From Rotaria socialis (taxonomy: Eukaryota), in assembly GCA_905331295.1 (NCBI GenBank), contig CAJNYD010000001.1:1-64000 (forward strand): DNA of 64,000 nucleotides, given 5' to 3'. Under the pieces are notes generated by a model. The model did no database searches. It had not been told where the DNA came from and worked only from the letters and a program-made list of their open reading frames with translations. Positions 1 to 12,717 of the stretch are shown piece after piece. Numbering within the stretch: the first letter of the stretch is position 1; each line of letters opens with the position of its first letter. A program made the translations under genes and the position numbers.

Positions 1-649
1 CCTCGACATTGTACTCCAGCGACCACAATACCTTCTTTTGCACCTTTATTCCATTTCATTACATGATGATTGTTGTTGTCTGATACGTATACATTCTGTT
101 ATCGATCGACAAAGAGATATGTCGGCTCGTTAAGTTGATTGAGTCCATCCCATTTACCATTACCACCAGCTACGAGGGTGCCATTCTTCTCACCCAATTG
201 ATATCGTCTTACTTCACCTTTTTCTGTGTCAGAGACGTAGAGATATCTCTGTTCATCCATAGCTAATCCCCAACAGGAGATGTTGTCGATGAGTATTTCA
301 CCTTGTGTTGTACCACTACGACGAGACCATCGTACAACTCGTCCATTCCTTTGATCACCAATAATCAGACTATCCGTCTCTTTGTCAATTAATACGTCAG
401 TTGGACGATTCAATTGATGTAATCCATTTCCTTCGCCATTGCCACCAGCAACAACTTGTCCATTCGTTGTATCACCGTTCTTCCATTGCATGATACGATG
501 ATTCCCGAAGTCAGCAATAATCACTGTTTGATCATCATCAACGAAGAGAGCAAAAGGGAAGTTGAGTTGATTAGTGGCATCCCCATACTCGTTTCCTCCA
601 GCAATAGTCACTCCGTTCTGCGCCCATTTAGCATTAGCAGGAATATTAA
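1..649 (-). pseudogene. NHL-repeat (beta-propeller) protein exon with in-frame premature stop; continues past window start
   Basis: Repeats WAQNGVTIAGGN, QVVAGGNGEGNGLHQLNRPTDV, TLVAGGNGKWDGLNQLNEPTYLFVDR. TAA at 99-101, after which the same frame continues QNVYVSDNNNHHVMKWNKGAKEGIVVAG. Splice acceptor (tctcttctag) at about 650-659. Confidence 0.8.
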
Positions 650-2172
650 CTAGAAGAGAAAACATATAAGAGAGATCTTTTTCTCTCTCGAAAGTATCGA
701 GGTAAAATTCTTTGAATATATCATTATTTTTTGCTAGAAATTCCTCAGAATAATCTATATATACTGAAAGATATAGAAATCTAATGCTCTTTTTTCTTGG
801 CATCAAAATAGTTCTATATTTTCTATGAACATATATGAGCTGATCATATATGCGTACGTTGTTGTATTATTTTCCTATCTTGAGGATGTCAATTTACAGT
901 TGATTTAAATTTAACTTCGTGAAAAGTTAATATTTGTTCATAATAGTCAAAAAATTTCTCTACAGATTATGCAGGATCCGTCAACTTTCTTGTTCAAAAA
1001 CATCGAGATGCTCATAACTATATATATATTTCATAACAAAATTCCTAGAAGAATGACTATATAGTTTTATCAAATATATTTGACTTTAAATAGTAGCAAT
1101 CAAGTCAAGAACTATGTTTATCTACTCGGTTTCAAAATAATTTAGTTAAATTTAAATGTGACACCCCTATTTCCTATGATCAAAAAATATATTTTTTGTT
1201 CGAATCTTTTTCGTTTCCTCTTATTAAATAGAACATTTCTATGTTCTAGAATATCTTTTATTAAACTCTATATAAATTATTCTGTGACATTAGCAGGAAT
1301 ATTAACTAGAAGAGAGAAAACCCTAGTGCTAGAAGAGAAGAGCTACTATCACGCGAGTACTTCTATCTAATTCGATGGGTAAATATCCTAGACCATTATC
1401 GATTAGTCGGATTTTGTTGGGTGAATTGAAATTCTGATGACACATGATGATGGGATTCACTTAGTTATTGTCTCTGTTTTCTTATAGAATCTGGATTTTC
1501 TGTGAATCCGATCAGATTTACCATGTCAAAAGATATGATGGGGAACTTGAATTTGTGGCTAATTCAAAACACTTATATCGCTATAGAAGTATCGTGGTCT
1601 ACCTCTATCTGTATGGATATATCTTATCTCTCCTTACACTTAAAAAGAAATAGGAGAGAGAATGGAAAGACTCTCACATCTACCTTCAGTCACACTTTGT
1701 CTCTCTGTGTGTTTCCCTCATCTTCACCTTATTGAATACAAAAATAAATTATTTATAGATATTCTAGAGGTGGAAAATGTTAATTTTCGTTTTAATCTAA
1801 ATGGATGATTCTGTTGTGGGATTTATTTTTATAATTACTAACAATTAGTATTAGATCAGAATGGAATTACTCTCGCGAGTACCACTATAATGACTATCGA
1901 ATTAATATTGTGTGGCTGGATTATCATAAGTCTGACCTGCAATTAGACTTCAATTCTGAAATAATAAGATCGATCACATGTAAGTTTAAATAATTCTCTC
2001 AATTTCAACTTTTACAAGTTTTTAATCTGAGTGACTATTGCTTTGGAATGATTGTTCTTATTTTTTGAAAGTATTTAAAATATAAGCATTACTCATATCG
2101 AGGCGTTATTCAAAATTTTGTTGAAATTACCTACAACATGAATATTTTTTGTCGTGTAGTATCAGATCTAAA

Positions 2173-2522
2173 CAGGGTTGCCACCTCTTCCGCTTTTTCG
2201 TATAAAACGTGTTGCATATCAAACCTACGTACAGAATAATATTTGATATTATTGAATCAATTCTTATTGTTCACAAATACCGTGAGCCATCATTCTTTTA
2301 TGTTTTGAAACTTTGATGAAATAAAAAGAAATCCAATAAATATGAAAAAAAATGCNTCCAATAAATATGAAAAAAAAATGCCTAATATTCTCAGAAGCAC
2401 CACAAATCTGCAACAATATAAGCTTCCGCTTTTTTTCCCGCTTTTTCTGTTTTTCTTTCCGCTATTTTCCGCTTTTTAAGATCAGTTTTCCGCTGTTTGG
2501 ACTTCATCAGGTGGCAACCCTG
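2173..2522. mobile_element. MITE with 14-bp TIR CAGGGTTGCCACCT
   Basis: cagggttgccacct at 2173-2186 and aggtggcaaccctg at 2509-2522. Subterminal TTCCGCT(T)n motifs near both ends. No clear TSD. Confidence 0.75.
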
Positions 2523-3627
2523 GTTGTGAAGACTCATCCTTTCAGGATTGAGAATAATTTGTCAATCTTTTTGTTTCTTGCCATAATATTATTTGAAATA
2601 TTTCAACACAAAAAAGTATTGTAATTTTTATTGCATTAATTTTATTTTAAATCAAATAATAACCGTGTTGGATAATTTCTGATGAAAACATTTTTGAAAC
2701 GAAATTCATAGCTTAATTGATGTGGATGGAATTAATTAAAAATATAATATTTCTAGAGCATCTTGAAGAATGAATCTTTTTATTCCAAATAAACTCAAAT
2801 GATTTATAAAAAAAGATTAATACAAAGATTTTTTTAAAATTCAATCATAGAACAAAGCCAAAAGTATTAATTCAGAATATATTCGTTTATGAATCTTCTA
2901 ATAAATTATTCGTTTTTTTAACTTCGTTTCAAATTCTATTGTATTATTCTTCAAATATAGATGCATTATACTTTATTTATTTTATTTTATAGATTATCTT
3001 AAACAGGTTTCAATTCTATTTTGAAAATAAATAAAAAATAATTTTTTCTATATTATATTAGACTATAAAATAATGAGCTGAAAATTATTGGATAAAAAAT
3101 GTGTTGAATCATTGTTTACTAAGTAAAAATAATTTCATAGTTCTTTTTTAATTTGATTGTTATTTCAAAAAAAATCATACTCTTTTGACGAAAAACGTTC
3201 TATTTAATAAATATTTCTGATAATTCTGTATCATGATTAATAATTAAAACAGGAGATTTTTTGAAAGACTAAAATTGTTTTAATCTTTTCTTAAAAAAAA
3301 TAAATCAAGTCAACTGTTACGTTACAAACAGTAAAATACACATATCTCAGCTTCACCTTTATGGTGTTTGATAATTTTTTCTTAAAAATATCAAGCTTAT
3401 CTAGTCCTGTCTTTGGGATCTGAGGTTTTTTAAAACAAAACAATTAACTTTTTTCGACGATATAAAATATTTACTATTTTAATTTCAATATTCCTAGAGA
3501 ATCCTATGAAAAATGCCTAGACACTAGCAAGTTATTTTTTGTCCCGGCAGATTTTTCTCTTTAATTATTGTTCAATGAAAGAAAGTTATTTTCAGTGTTC
3601 TATGTTGAGTCTACTTCTTCAACATTC

Positions 3628-3791
3628 AGAGATGCAACTAATTCGGTGACAGCTTTCAGACGACTTTTTGATAGACAATCATAAACGTCCTCTACGATGG
3701 TGACCGAAAATCTCGATTGTCATCCTCTTAAGGCGATATACGATCGATCAAAAAACATCCGTTAGAATATCATCCGCCAGTAGCTGCCTCT
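3628..3791. repeat. Degenerate foldback / old palindromic MITE
   Basis: Left arm agagatgcaacta...tttttgatagac...gatggtgac pairs imperfectly with right arm gtcatcctc...gatcaaaaaa...tagctgcctct. Confidence 0.45.
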
Positions 3792-4282
3792 AACTTGATT
3801 TAAATGTTAGAAACTGAAATATCATATATAACGACAAAAATGGCCTTTTCTACCCCTTTTTATTACTGAAAAACATACTTTACTTAGAATTTATTTTAAA
3901 TGTTTAAAATTGATTTTCTTTTGTTTTTCTTTATATTCTAATTCTATTGCCAATATTAATATTCTCTAAATGAATCTAGTTATGTATAATAACGAACATC
4001 TATTTTATTAATTATTAAATAAATCTATTCTTAATTTTACACCAAGAAGAATTTTAAAATAGAATAAATAAACTTTATGTTTTGATTATAAATCAAATTA
4101 AATGAAAATTAAAATACATTGTTCAATCGAACGATAAATACAAGTTTTTTCAAAAGAGATTTTAATCTATAAAGGATTTATTTAAAATCTTTCAAAATGA
4201 AACCATTTCTTTTATTTTTCATTAATTTTAAGTAGAAAATAAAGTGTTTTAATCAAAATAATTGTGATGAAGATCATGCTCT

Positions 4283-4308
4283 TAATAATAATAATAATAA
4301 TAATAATA
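4283..4308. repeat. (AAT)n microsatellite
   Basis: Tandem taa/aat units. Confidence 0.8.
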
Positions 4309-6122
4309 GAAAATTGAAACTGTTCTATTTATAAATCTTAATTTTAATTGAAGGGTAAATAATAGAAAATTTTACTTTAGTCAATATCAATTATTTGTCA
4401 CATTTCTCTGTGAATCGAAGATTTTTTAATCATTTTTTTAAGAATTCTTAATGAGAAAGAAGATTTTAACTTAGAAAATATTCGCATGAACCATTTTATT
4501 CGACTATTGAAAACAATTTTAACAATAGACACGTTCACATTTGATTAAAATATCTCAGAGTTACTCGAACAACACTCAATAGAAAAACTTAAAATCCATA
4601 GTTGAAGTTTTCTTTTTTCAATGCATAAGTGAATGAATGAATTGATAAGAGCTGTTATGCAAATATTCATTTTGCATATTCTACTGTTAACTATTAGAGA
4701 ACGATCTATTGAGTAGAGGCATTGCTTTAATATAAGTAAGTTTTATCCTTTTAGACATATGTATCGATTTTAATATCTTATTGATTCTTTGTAAAAAGAT
4801 CTATTTATTAGTAAGATTCGAAAGTCTGGAAAATAAAATCTGTTTAGAAGCAAATGTTGCCAATGATTCAATATAAAAAGAATTTCATTTCGTTTATAGA
4901 TTTCGATTGAATGATGATTCCTAATGAAAGAAAAAGTTTAGATTTTGTTTTTTATTTATTTTTCCTTCTACAATATTAGCTAACTGATGTAAATTGATAA
5001 ATGTCTAATACAGAAAAAAAAAGAAAAACTAAAATTTCATTTAATAAAGTTGTTAATAAAGATTGATGACGAGAAGACATATATGAATAGAGTTCAAATT
5101 CTAGACTGATTGATGCATATGTATAAAAAGGTAAAATTGTTTCATCATGCTTCATTTCGAGTTGAATATGTGTTTGAAAGAGAAATACAAGAAATATTTT
5201 AAACAGAAGCAGAACAGAGAAACAATTTCAATTCTTTTTATGTATTCTTATCAACTTATTGCGTAAATTCTATTTAGTATAAATATTAATTGAAAAGAAA
5301 CGAAACGAAACGAAAAGAAAAAACGTAATGAATTTTTTGTTTCTTCATATTTTTCTATTTTTGGAAAGAAATAAAAATTTAATGAATAAACGCGTGTCTC
5401 TACCGAAATTGAACTTGACTTAAAATGATGAAAATTTGTATATACATTTGAACAACGAAGTGTTAACGCTTATATGTGTGACAGTTATTGATCATCTTTC
5501 GCATATATTTTTCTGTCATCATGCAACACATTTGTTCTCTTATGTAAACTAACCGAACGTGTCCAAGTCATTAAGAGAGACATGTAAATGTCTATGCATG
5601 TCTCTTTACGCAAGATTGATCCTTAATCAATAACTACAATCTCTCTTTCATTCGTGCTTTCTTTCTTTCTTTTATTCAATCTGTCACCATTTTCACTTTT
5701 TTTTATATAAATCTTCTCGTTTTTCTTTCTCTCTTCTTTATATTCTTATTATAAAGATGATGATTACACAAGTTGTACGAGTGCCATTTGATCGTTTGTG
5801 TATTTATGCAGATCGTCTCGTTTAGTCCGTTTTTGTTTTGTTTTGTTTTGTTTTAAGTATATGGTGGCCAAGAGCAAGATATACATATAGCGATAAGAAG
5901 TTGTTTCATTCAATCATTTCATATCTATTGAAGATATATGAGGAAAACGAATAATTCTTCTCGTATTTAGTTTGTTATTTTAACAATATATATATACACG
6001 TATAAATTTTCTTTTAGTTAATTATTAAATAAACTGAAGAAAAAAGAAAAATTTTTATTTAATTATTTGAATAAAACGGTAAATTGACATTAAAAAAATG
6101 AAGAGAAAAGAAAAGAAGTGAA

Positions 6123-7067
6123 TCAATTGGTATAATGATTAAAATAAGGATTATATGTTGTTGAGTAAATCTGTCCTGTTGTTGGATGACGCTGAATATG
6201 AAGATATCTTTCATTTTGACTCATTGGATAATACATATAAGGATATTTATAATTATAATATGGTTGATAACATTGACATATTTGTTTTGTTGAATAAATA
6301 TCATTAATTTGTTTTAAATCATTGGATTCAACTTTTTGTTTTTGCTCTTCTCGACAATTTTCAAAAGATATTTTATTCTGTTTTTTTAAATACTTTTTTC
6401 GACAAAATTTATTTCCAATTTGATCTGCTAATGAATAAATAATTAACATTACTAAAAGAAACATAAATATAATTGAAATTAATGATAATATTGATGATTT
6501 AAAATTATTGAATAATAAAAGCTTTTTATCAATAATCAAATTTTTATTTGTTGTTGATTCTGATGTTAAAAATTTAAGAATAAATGGAAATGAATAAGAA
6601 GAAGTTTCAACATTTGGTTTATTTCTATTTGAATATGAATTATTTAATGTTAAACATGAATAATAAATAGTTATATATTGTCCATATAAACCATAAATAT
6701 TTGAACATGGTTCATAAATTTTTAAACAACTTTTATCAATTGAACAAAAATTTTTATCATTACAATTTAAATTCGAATATTTTGTTATACGACGTGAACA
6801 ATTTGTTCGATATTTACAACAATTGTATTCTGATGAACAATATGGATTTGAATTATAAAATATTTCAATTAAATTTAAATGAATTATTTCATTTCGACGA
6901 CAAGATAAATTTATTTTATCATCTTTATTAAATGAACAACATGTATCAATAAAATATTCATTTGATTCAAATGAATTCGAATTATTTAACATTAAAATAA
7001 ATGATGGCTTTAAAAAATAAATAAATAATAATATTAAATGAATTTTATTCATTGACAATAACAACAA
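6123..7067 (-). CDS. Type I membrane protein with SUEL/galactose-binding lectin-like Cys-rich ectodomain
   Basis: N-terminal hydrophobic signal. Cys pattern LSC..IHL..C..CC..C..NCNDKNFC..PC..YITIYYSC. TM segment ILSLISIIFMFLLVMLIIYSLA. Tyr/Pro-rich cytoplasmic tail. Confidence 0.7.
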   Translation of the reverse strand: MLLLSMNKIHLILLFIYFLKPSFILMLNNSNSFESNEYFIDTCCSFNKDDKINLSCRRNEIIHLNLIEIFYNSNPYCSSEYNCCKYRTNCSRRITKYSNLNCNDKNFCSIDKSCLKIYEPCSNIYGLYGQYITIYYSCLTLNNSYSNRNKPNVETSSYSFPFILKFLTSESTTNKNLIIDKKLLLFNNFKSSILSLISIIFMFLLVMLIIYSLADQIGNKFCRKKYLKKQNKISFENCREEQKQKVESNDLKQINDIYSTKQICQCYQPYYNYKYPYMYYPMSQNERYLHIQRHPTTGQIYSTTYNPYFNHYTN

Positions 7068-9696
7068 AACACATATTCATGTAGATTGATTACCTAGAGA
7101 GTATTAAACAGATATTCAATTTATGTTCAAAAGATCAAAATCATTTGTTCTTATCATAAGAGTCTTTTACTTCTATTAGTATAAACGATAGGTGGTGAGA
7201 GCGAGCGAGAGAGAAGGAGACATACAGACATAAAGATATAAAGACATACACATATGAACAGGTACACAAACCAAATAGAAAAAAACGAAGAAGAAAAAAA
7301 ACTCTTTTACTTGGCCTTTTTTTGAACGTTAATCGAACGATATATACTGTGAAAGGCTGAAAAAATTTTTGTATGATTTTGTATACATTTATTTATATAT
7401 AATATATAAACATAAATATTGGTTATGAACATGAAAAGAAAAAAGAACGGAACTTAGCCAAATATATATAAAAGCGAATTGAACTCAAGGAAATATTTCA
7501 AGGAGATTTAAATATTCATCCACTTTGATGTTTAATCAAAGCAAAAGATTTTTTTTTCTTCTTTAATGAAACCACTTTAAAAATCAATCAATTTTATTTT
7601 TACTATTTTCAATTTTATCATCATCATTTCACATATTTAAAACAATAATAATTATTAGTTACATGGATTTCAAAGTTCACTTCGTTTATACGAAGCAATA
7701 ATTCATTTAATTATGTTTTTTGAAAGATAAATATTTAGATAATCTAGAGTAAAAACAATCAATGAGACTCATCTTAATATTTCTAATCAGAGTTGTAAAA
7801 TAGATGATTCTATTATTCAAGAATAAAACAAAACAATTATATTTATCTTACTTTGTCTTTTAGAAGATTTTGTTCATTTTCAAATTTTTATTCAAATCAA
7901 ATTCATTTTTCTTCTAACAAATATTGTTGATTTTAATTTAAATAATTCTAGAAATAAAATTAAACGATTCGATTTTCTCATTTTCTTTATAGAAAAAAAA
8001 AACTTAAGCGAAAAAGATCTATGAGCTTACTCGTTAATATCCTATGGCTCGTGCCCATATATATATGGATATATATGGATATACGTATATGAACTAAATA
8101 GTCAGACAGAGACAGAGTAAGAGAGAAAGTTGTATAATAGCTGTTACACTCCCATCGGTTTCTCTCGTTATTTTTTTTGTTCTTTCTCTTCTTTGTAACA
8201 CATTCTCGAATTCAGTTTTGTTACAACAACTGCATTGAATACAACAAAGATCAATTATAATAGAACAAAGACAAGAATTAAACAACGAAGTAAACTACAT
8301 TAAATCAATTCTAATTATTTATTTAAATAGAGATCAAACGTTCGTTTTCTTTTCTGTTTTTTTTTCTAATAAAAGAAGAAACAGGTTGATTTAAATTTCA
8401 TTCGGTTTTGTATTGTGTGAAATTTTATGAGAATTGAATTTCCCTGATTTGAAAACCAAAAAATTTGTCAAAAAGACAATAAATTCAATTCTTGTCAATA
8501 TCTTACAGAAATAAATAAAAATAGAACGAAAAAAAGAACAAGAAAAAAAACTTGTAAATTGTTCATAGCATTGATGATGATCAACGAAACAAAATTTGAT
8601 ATAATTCTTTTTTCAAGTGACCTTTATCAACTTATTTGAATAAACAGAATAAATAATATTAAATTTTCTAAACTGTAAACTTACTCTAGTTCTACTAATC
8701 TCAATGTCAAGCACCGACAATTAGCAATACACTTTACTAAAAAAACATTGAGACATTTGCGTTGACGAGAGAGATTTACAAAAGAGTAAGAAGCTTAAAC
8801 ATATGCAAATGAGAGTCACTATGTAAACGAAACTAATCTAATCTGATAAACACATTTTAATTGTGTGAATCTCGTATATATTCATTTATTCATTTCATTA
8901 TAGAACATATTTATTTTTATTTCTCAGGAACAATGTTTGTTTTTGATTTTCATGTAGAATAAACAATTTGCATGACGATTGTTTATTCGATTTTCAGATA
9001 AAATAAAATTTATATTTAATATTTATCTAAATACATATTTTATTCATGTGCTTTTCTATAACTAGAAATGATATATTCTGTCCACAGTATTCATATTCGT
9101 AATAATTTTTATATTTTACAAAGATTGTTCAACGATTTAATAAAAGAATGTTGAATATTGATTTCTTTTGTTCTTTTGTCTGTTTTTTTAAATCAATTGA
9201 ATAGATATTTCAAGAATTGAAAGTCGAAGGATAAGTGAGACTTAACAATTGAATGAATGAATGAACGAACGAATGATAGATAAATAAAATAGTCTATTTC
9301 TAGGCCATTGATTATGCAAATTTATTTTTCAATCTTTTATATAATCATTGTGGTTTTTTAATTGTTCAATTTCACTCAAAAGATTAAATCTAAAATAAGT
9401 ATTTTATTTGAATTAGAAAGAACAATAATAGAAATTTATTTTGCTTGTAAATTCCTATTTTAATCAAGTTTCATAATGAGAATTTCTCTTCGAGAAAATA
9501 AAAATATATTTAAAATCAGTAGAAATTATAATCCAAATAATAAAAAATCATTCTTAAAATTTGAATTATTTTAAAATCGGATTCAATAACAAATCAAAAT
9601 GAATTTAATTCTATTTAAACGAATTAATATATTCAAATATTTGTTTATTGGAAAATATTTGAAAAGCAAAAGAATAATAAAGAAAAAAACATGATG

Positions 9697-10143
9697 TTAA
9701 ACATCAAGAATAATACTTTGTTTAATTTCATTCATAGACTTTTTTTGTGATGAACTGTTCAAGAACAAGTTTGTTTTATTTTCTTTGATTTTTTGGAAAT
9801 AATTTTTTTTAGTTACGGTAGTTGTTCTTTCAAAATCATTGATATAATTATCATTTTCTCTCATTGTTGATCGATAAAAAATGTTAGATATTGCGCTTGT
9901 TTTCGTTGTTGTTTTTATTTTATTAAGTTGATCATCATCATCACCATCATCATCACCATCCATCGTCGATGTTCTTATTGTTGGTTTTTGAATATCTTCA
10001 TTATCATAGAATGGTTCGATTGAATGTGAATAGATTAATTTAGATTTATCTCTATTGTTATATTGTTTAATTCTATCAACATCCCCATTCGAAATCTTTG
10101 TTGTTGTAAAACATAGAAAAAGAAATAAAATTGATCTATACAT
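9697..10143 (-). CDS. Hypothetical secreted protein (Asp/Thr-rich)
   Basis: 148-aa ORF starting with signal-like MYRSILFLFLCFTTT, with poly-Asp and poly-Thr tracts. The 3' end may be spliced. Confidence 0.55.
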   Translation of the reverse strand: MYRSILFLFLCFTTTKISNGDVDRIKQYNNRDKSKLIYSHSIEPFYDNEDIQKPTIRTSTMDGDDDGDDDDQLNKIKTTTKTSAISNIFYRSTMRENDNYINDFERTTTVTKKNYFQKIKENKTNLFLNSSSQKKSMNEIKQSIILDV

Positions 10144-11348
10144 AATAATGAGTAATAACCAATGAATATTTTATTTAAATGTATTTATCAACATATATAT
10201 ATATATATATACTTTCTTTACTACGAAAAAAAACATTTTTTTTCTTGAATAAAAAACATAGTTGTATTCGATGTATAATTATTCATATAAATATATGAAT
10301 TTAAATAATTTTATTTATTAATGATTGAATAATAACTATCATAGAATAATATCATTTAAAAAGAATAATTTTTATTGGAAATCAAAATAAAATAAATTTA
10401 ATCTATATGAGTGTATGAAAACAAATTGAATAATGTTCTTTTTTTCTTCTTCAGTATCAACTAAAATAACTTATTTTCCTATTGATAATATTAATTTATC
10501 AGAATAATTCCGCAGTACATTTTATTTTGTTTTGTCAAAAAATAAAAATATTCTCATATAATACTATTATTAATTTAAATCTTGATCGATTGTCTTTGAA
10601 TATATATATATATAGTTTGACAGGATTCTTAGAATTTTAGTTGAATCGTTGTGATGTTTAACTTATGAAAAATGATTTTAATAAAAGATAATGCAATAGA
10701 ACTAGAAGTGAGAATAAATTGATTCGATTTTATTTGAATATTTTATATTTGAATAAGAAAATAGCCTGTTTTTTCAAAATGAAACCTTGAATATATACGT
10801 ATATATTCTAGAATTCGAATGATATTTTATTTTGATTTGATAACTTTATCTTTTCTTCTGTTAGCATGAAATGAAAAACAAATTGAGATGTAGAATGAAG
10901 GAGGAAAAAACTTTTTTGAATTCTATTTATATAGTTCGACTAAGTGTATATCTAAGCATAAAATATGATTTCATTTGTTGCTTTTAATTCTAACAAATGT
11001 TTGCGTTAATTACACGTTGAAAAAGAAAGCATCACGATTGTCATTAATAATAAAAATTCGCCACGATTAATCTTATTGTTATCTGTTTCTATGGTTTTAG
11101 TTTATCTTTCGTTGTTCTTCGAAAAAGTTGACTTAGCTAACTATGAGTTGTTTATCGAACAAGAACTTTTTTCTTCTCTGAACTACTCAACAAAATAAAA
11201 TAGATTTGTCAGAAATCTTTTTTTGTTTTAAATTTGACCATGAGACAAAAACAATAGTTTCTGTAAAACTGTTACATGATGGCATTCGATAAATTTATTA
11301 ACATAAAAATAAAAAAATTGTGCTTTTTTTCTTTCGTTTTGGTTAAAA

Positions 11349-12717
11349 TTAAACGTCAAGAGTTTGTCGATGAGAAGATTTTGATGAAATCAATGATCTG
11401 TTTGGTATTTGATTTCTATTTGAAGATGATATATATTTATTAAGTAAATTCTTGTTTGAATTTTTTCGAACAGTTTCTTGTAATGCTTGTAAAAGTAATG
11501 GCGGAGAAGAATCATTTAAATATCGATCGTCTTTATAAAGTTGTTCAATTTTTCTTGTCGATAAAAATGTTAATATATTTGATTTTAAATTTGGTTTTAT
11601 AGTTGAAGCTTTTGTCATAAAAGAATATTTTGATGATACATCAAATTTTTCAAATGAACTTTGCTTAAATATTGGATTAGCTGATTGTGGAGCTGGAGTT
11701 TCACTTAATAATAAGCGTTCATATTTATTTGTTTGATATTTTTGAGAAAAATCTTTTAAATCTTTGAAATAAAATGGTCTTTCATTTTTATTTTGACTAA
11801 ATGATGATGATAAACGATCAAAATATTCATCGTCAGATATAATTGAAGAATTAATTTCATTTTGGTTTTTATTTTTCATTTGTATTTGTTGATTATTAAC
11901 TAATTTTAATAAATCATCATCAGTTAAATTTTCTTCATTTTTTAAAAAACGTCTCAAAGCTAATGCTGATAAACGTTGATTCATTACATTGGCTGGTAAA
12001 CGTTCGGGTGATAAATTACCTCGTATTTGTATTTCAATACAATCGGAACATAATTGTGGTCCAAGTAATGAACATGTTTGACGATCAATTGGATTTGTTG
12101 TCGATGAATAAGCTCGATGACAACGTGGATCAACAGGCGTACTTGGCGGACGAGCTATTAAATCAACTTTGATAGATTGAAGTGTACCAGAGGAACTTCG
12201 ACGTTCGGATAAATTTTCTTTTTCATCTTTTGAAATTCTTTTTCTTATTGATTGATAACTAGAAGAATTAAATTCATTTAAAGAAGAAGATTTTTTATTT
12301 ATAGTTGATGTCGATTTTAAAGATGTAGCTGATGTTATATGAATGGAATTTGAACGGCGATTATCAGGAGATTGCTAGATTGATTTTTCAAAAAAAAACA
12401 AAAAACAAAAAAGTATTTATTATATTTAAAAATTTGAATTTCCAAATAAAAACCTGTTTAATTGATTCATTTTCATAGAATCTTGTTGGTGATTTAAGAA
12501 ATATTCTTGGAATATGTTGACCTTGTGTCGCTGTACTTCCACGTACAACTCGTATTGTATCATGTCTATTTGTCTTATTTATATTAATATCATTATCAAA
12601 ATAATTATTTGAAGATTTTTGACGACTATTAGCCGATGCTCGTAATCTTTGTAGATACCATCTTGCATTAACTTTACCTGATTTAGTTCTACCTTGTGGA
12701 ACATCAGACTGCACCAT
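11349..12717 (-). CDS. Two-exon Ser/Arg-rich hypothetical protein (~430 aa)
   Basis: Exon 12717-12454, phase-0 GT-AG intron 12453-12375, exon 12374-11349 (1026 nt) in frame with the 11349-11984 ORF. Confidence 0.7.

Noticed and set aside
2332..2381. Tandem 24-bp duplication tccaataaatatgaaaaaaaatgc
   Set aside because: The copies are separated by a single N, so this is most likely a contig-overlap artefact.
6701..6931. Antisense or alternate-frame short ORFs (also 456-653, 11963-12172, 43549-43764, 29555-29906)
   Set aside because: Shadows of real coding regions on the other strand or frame.
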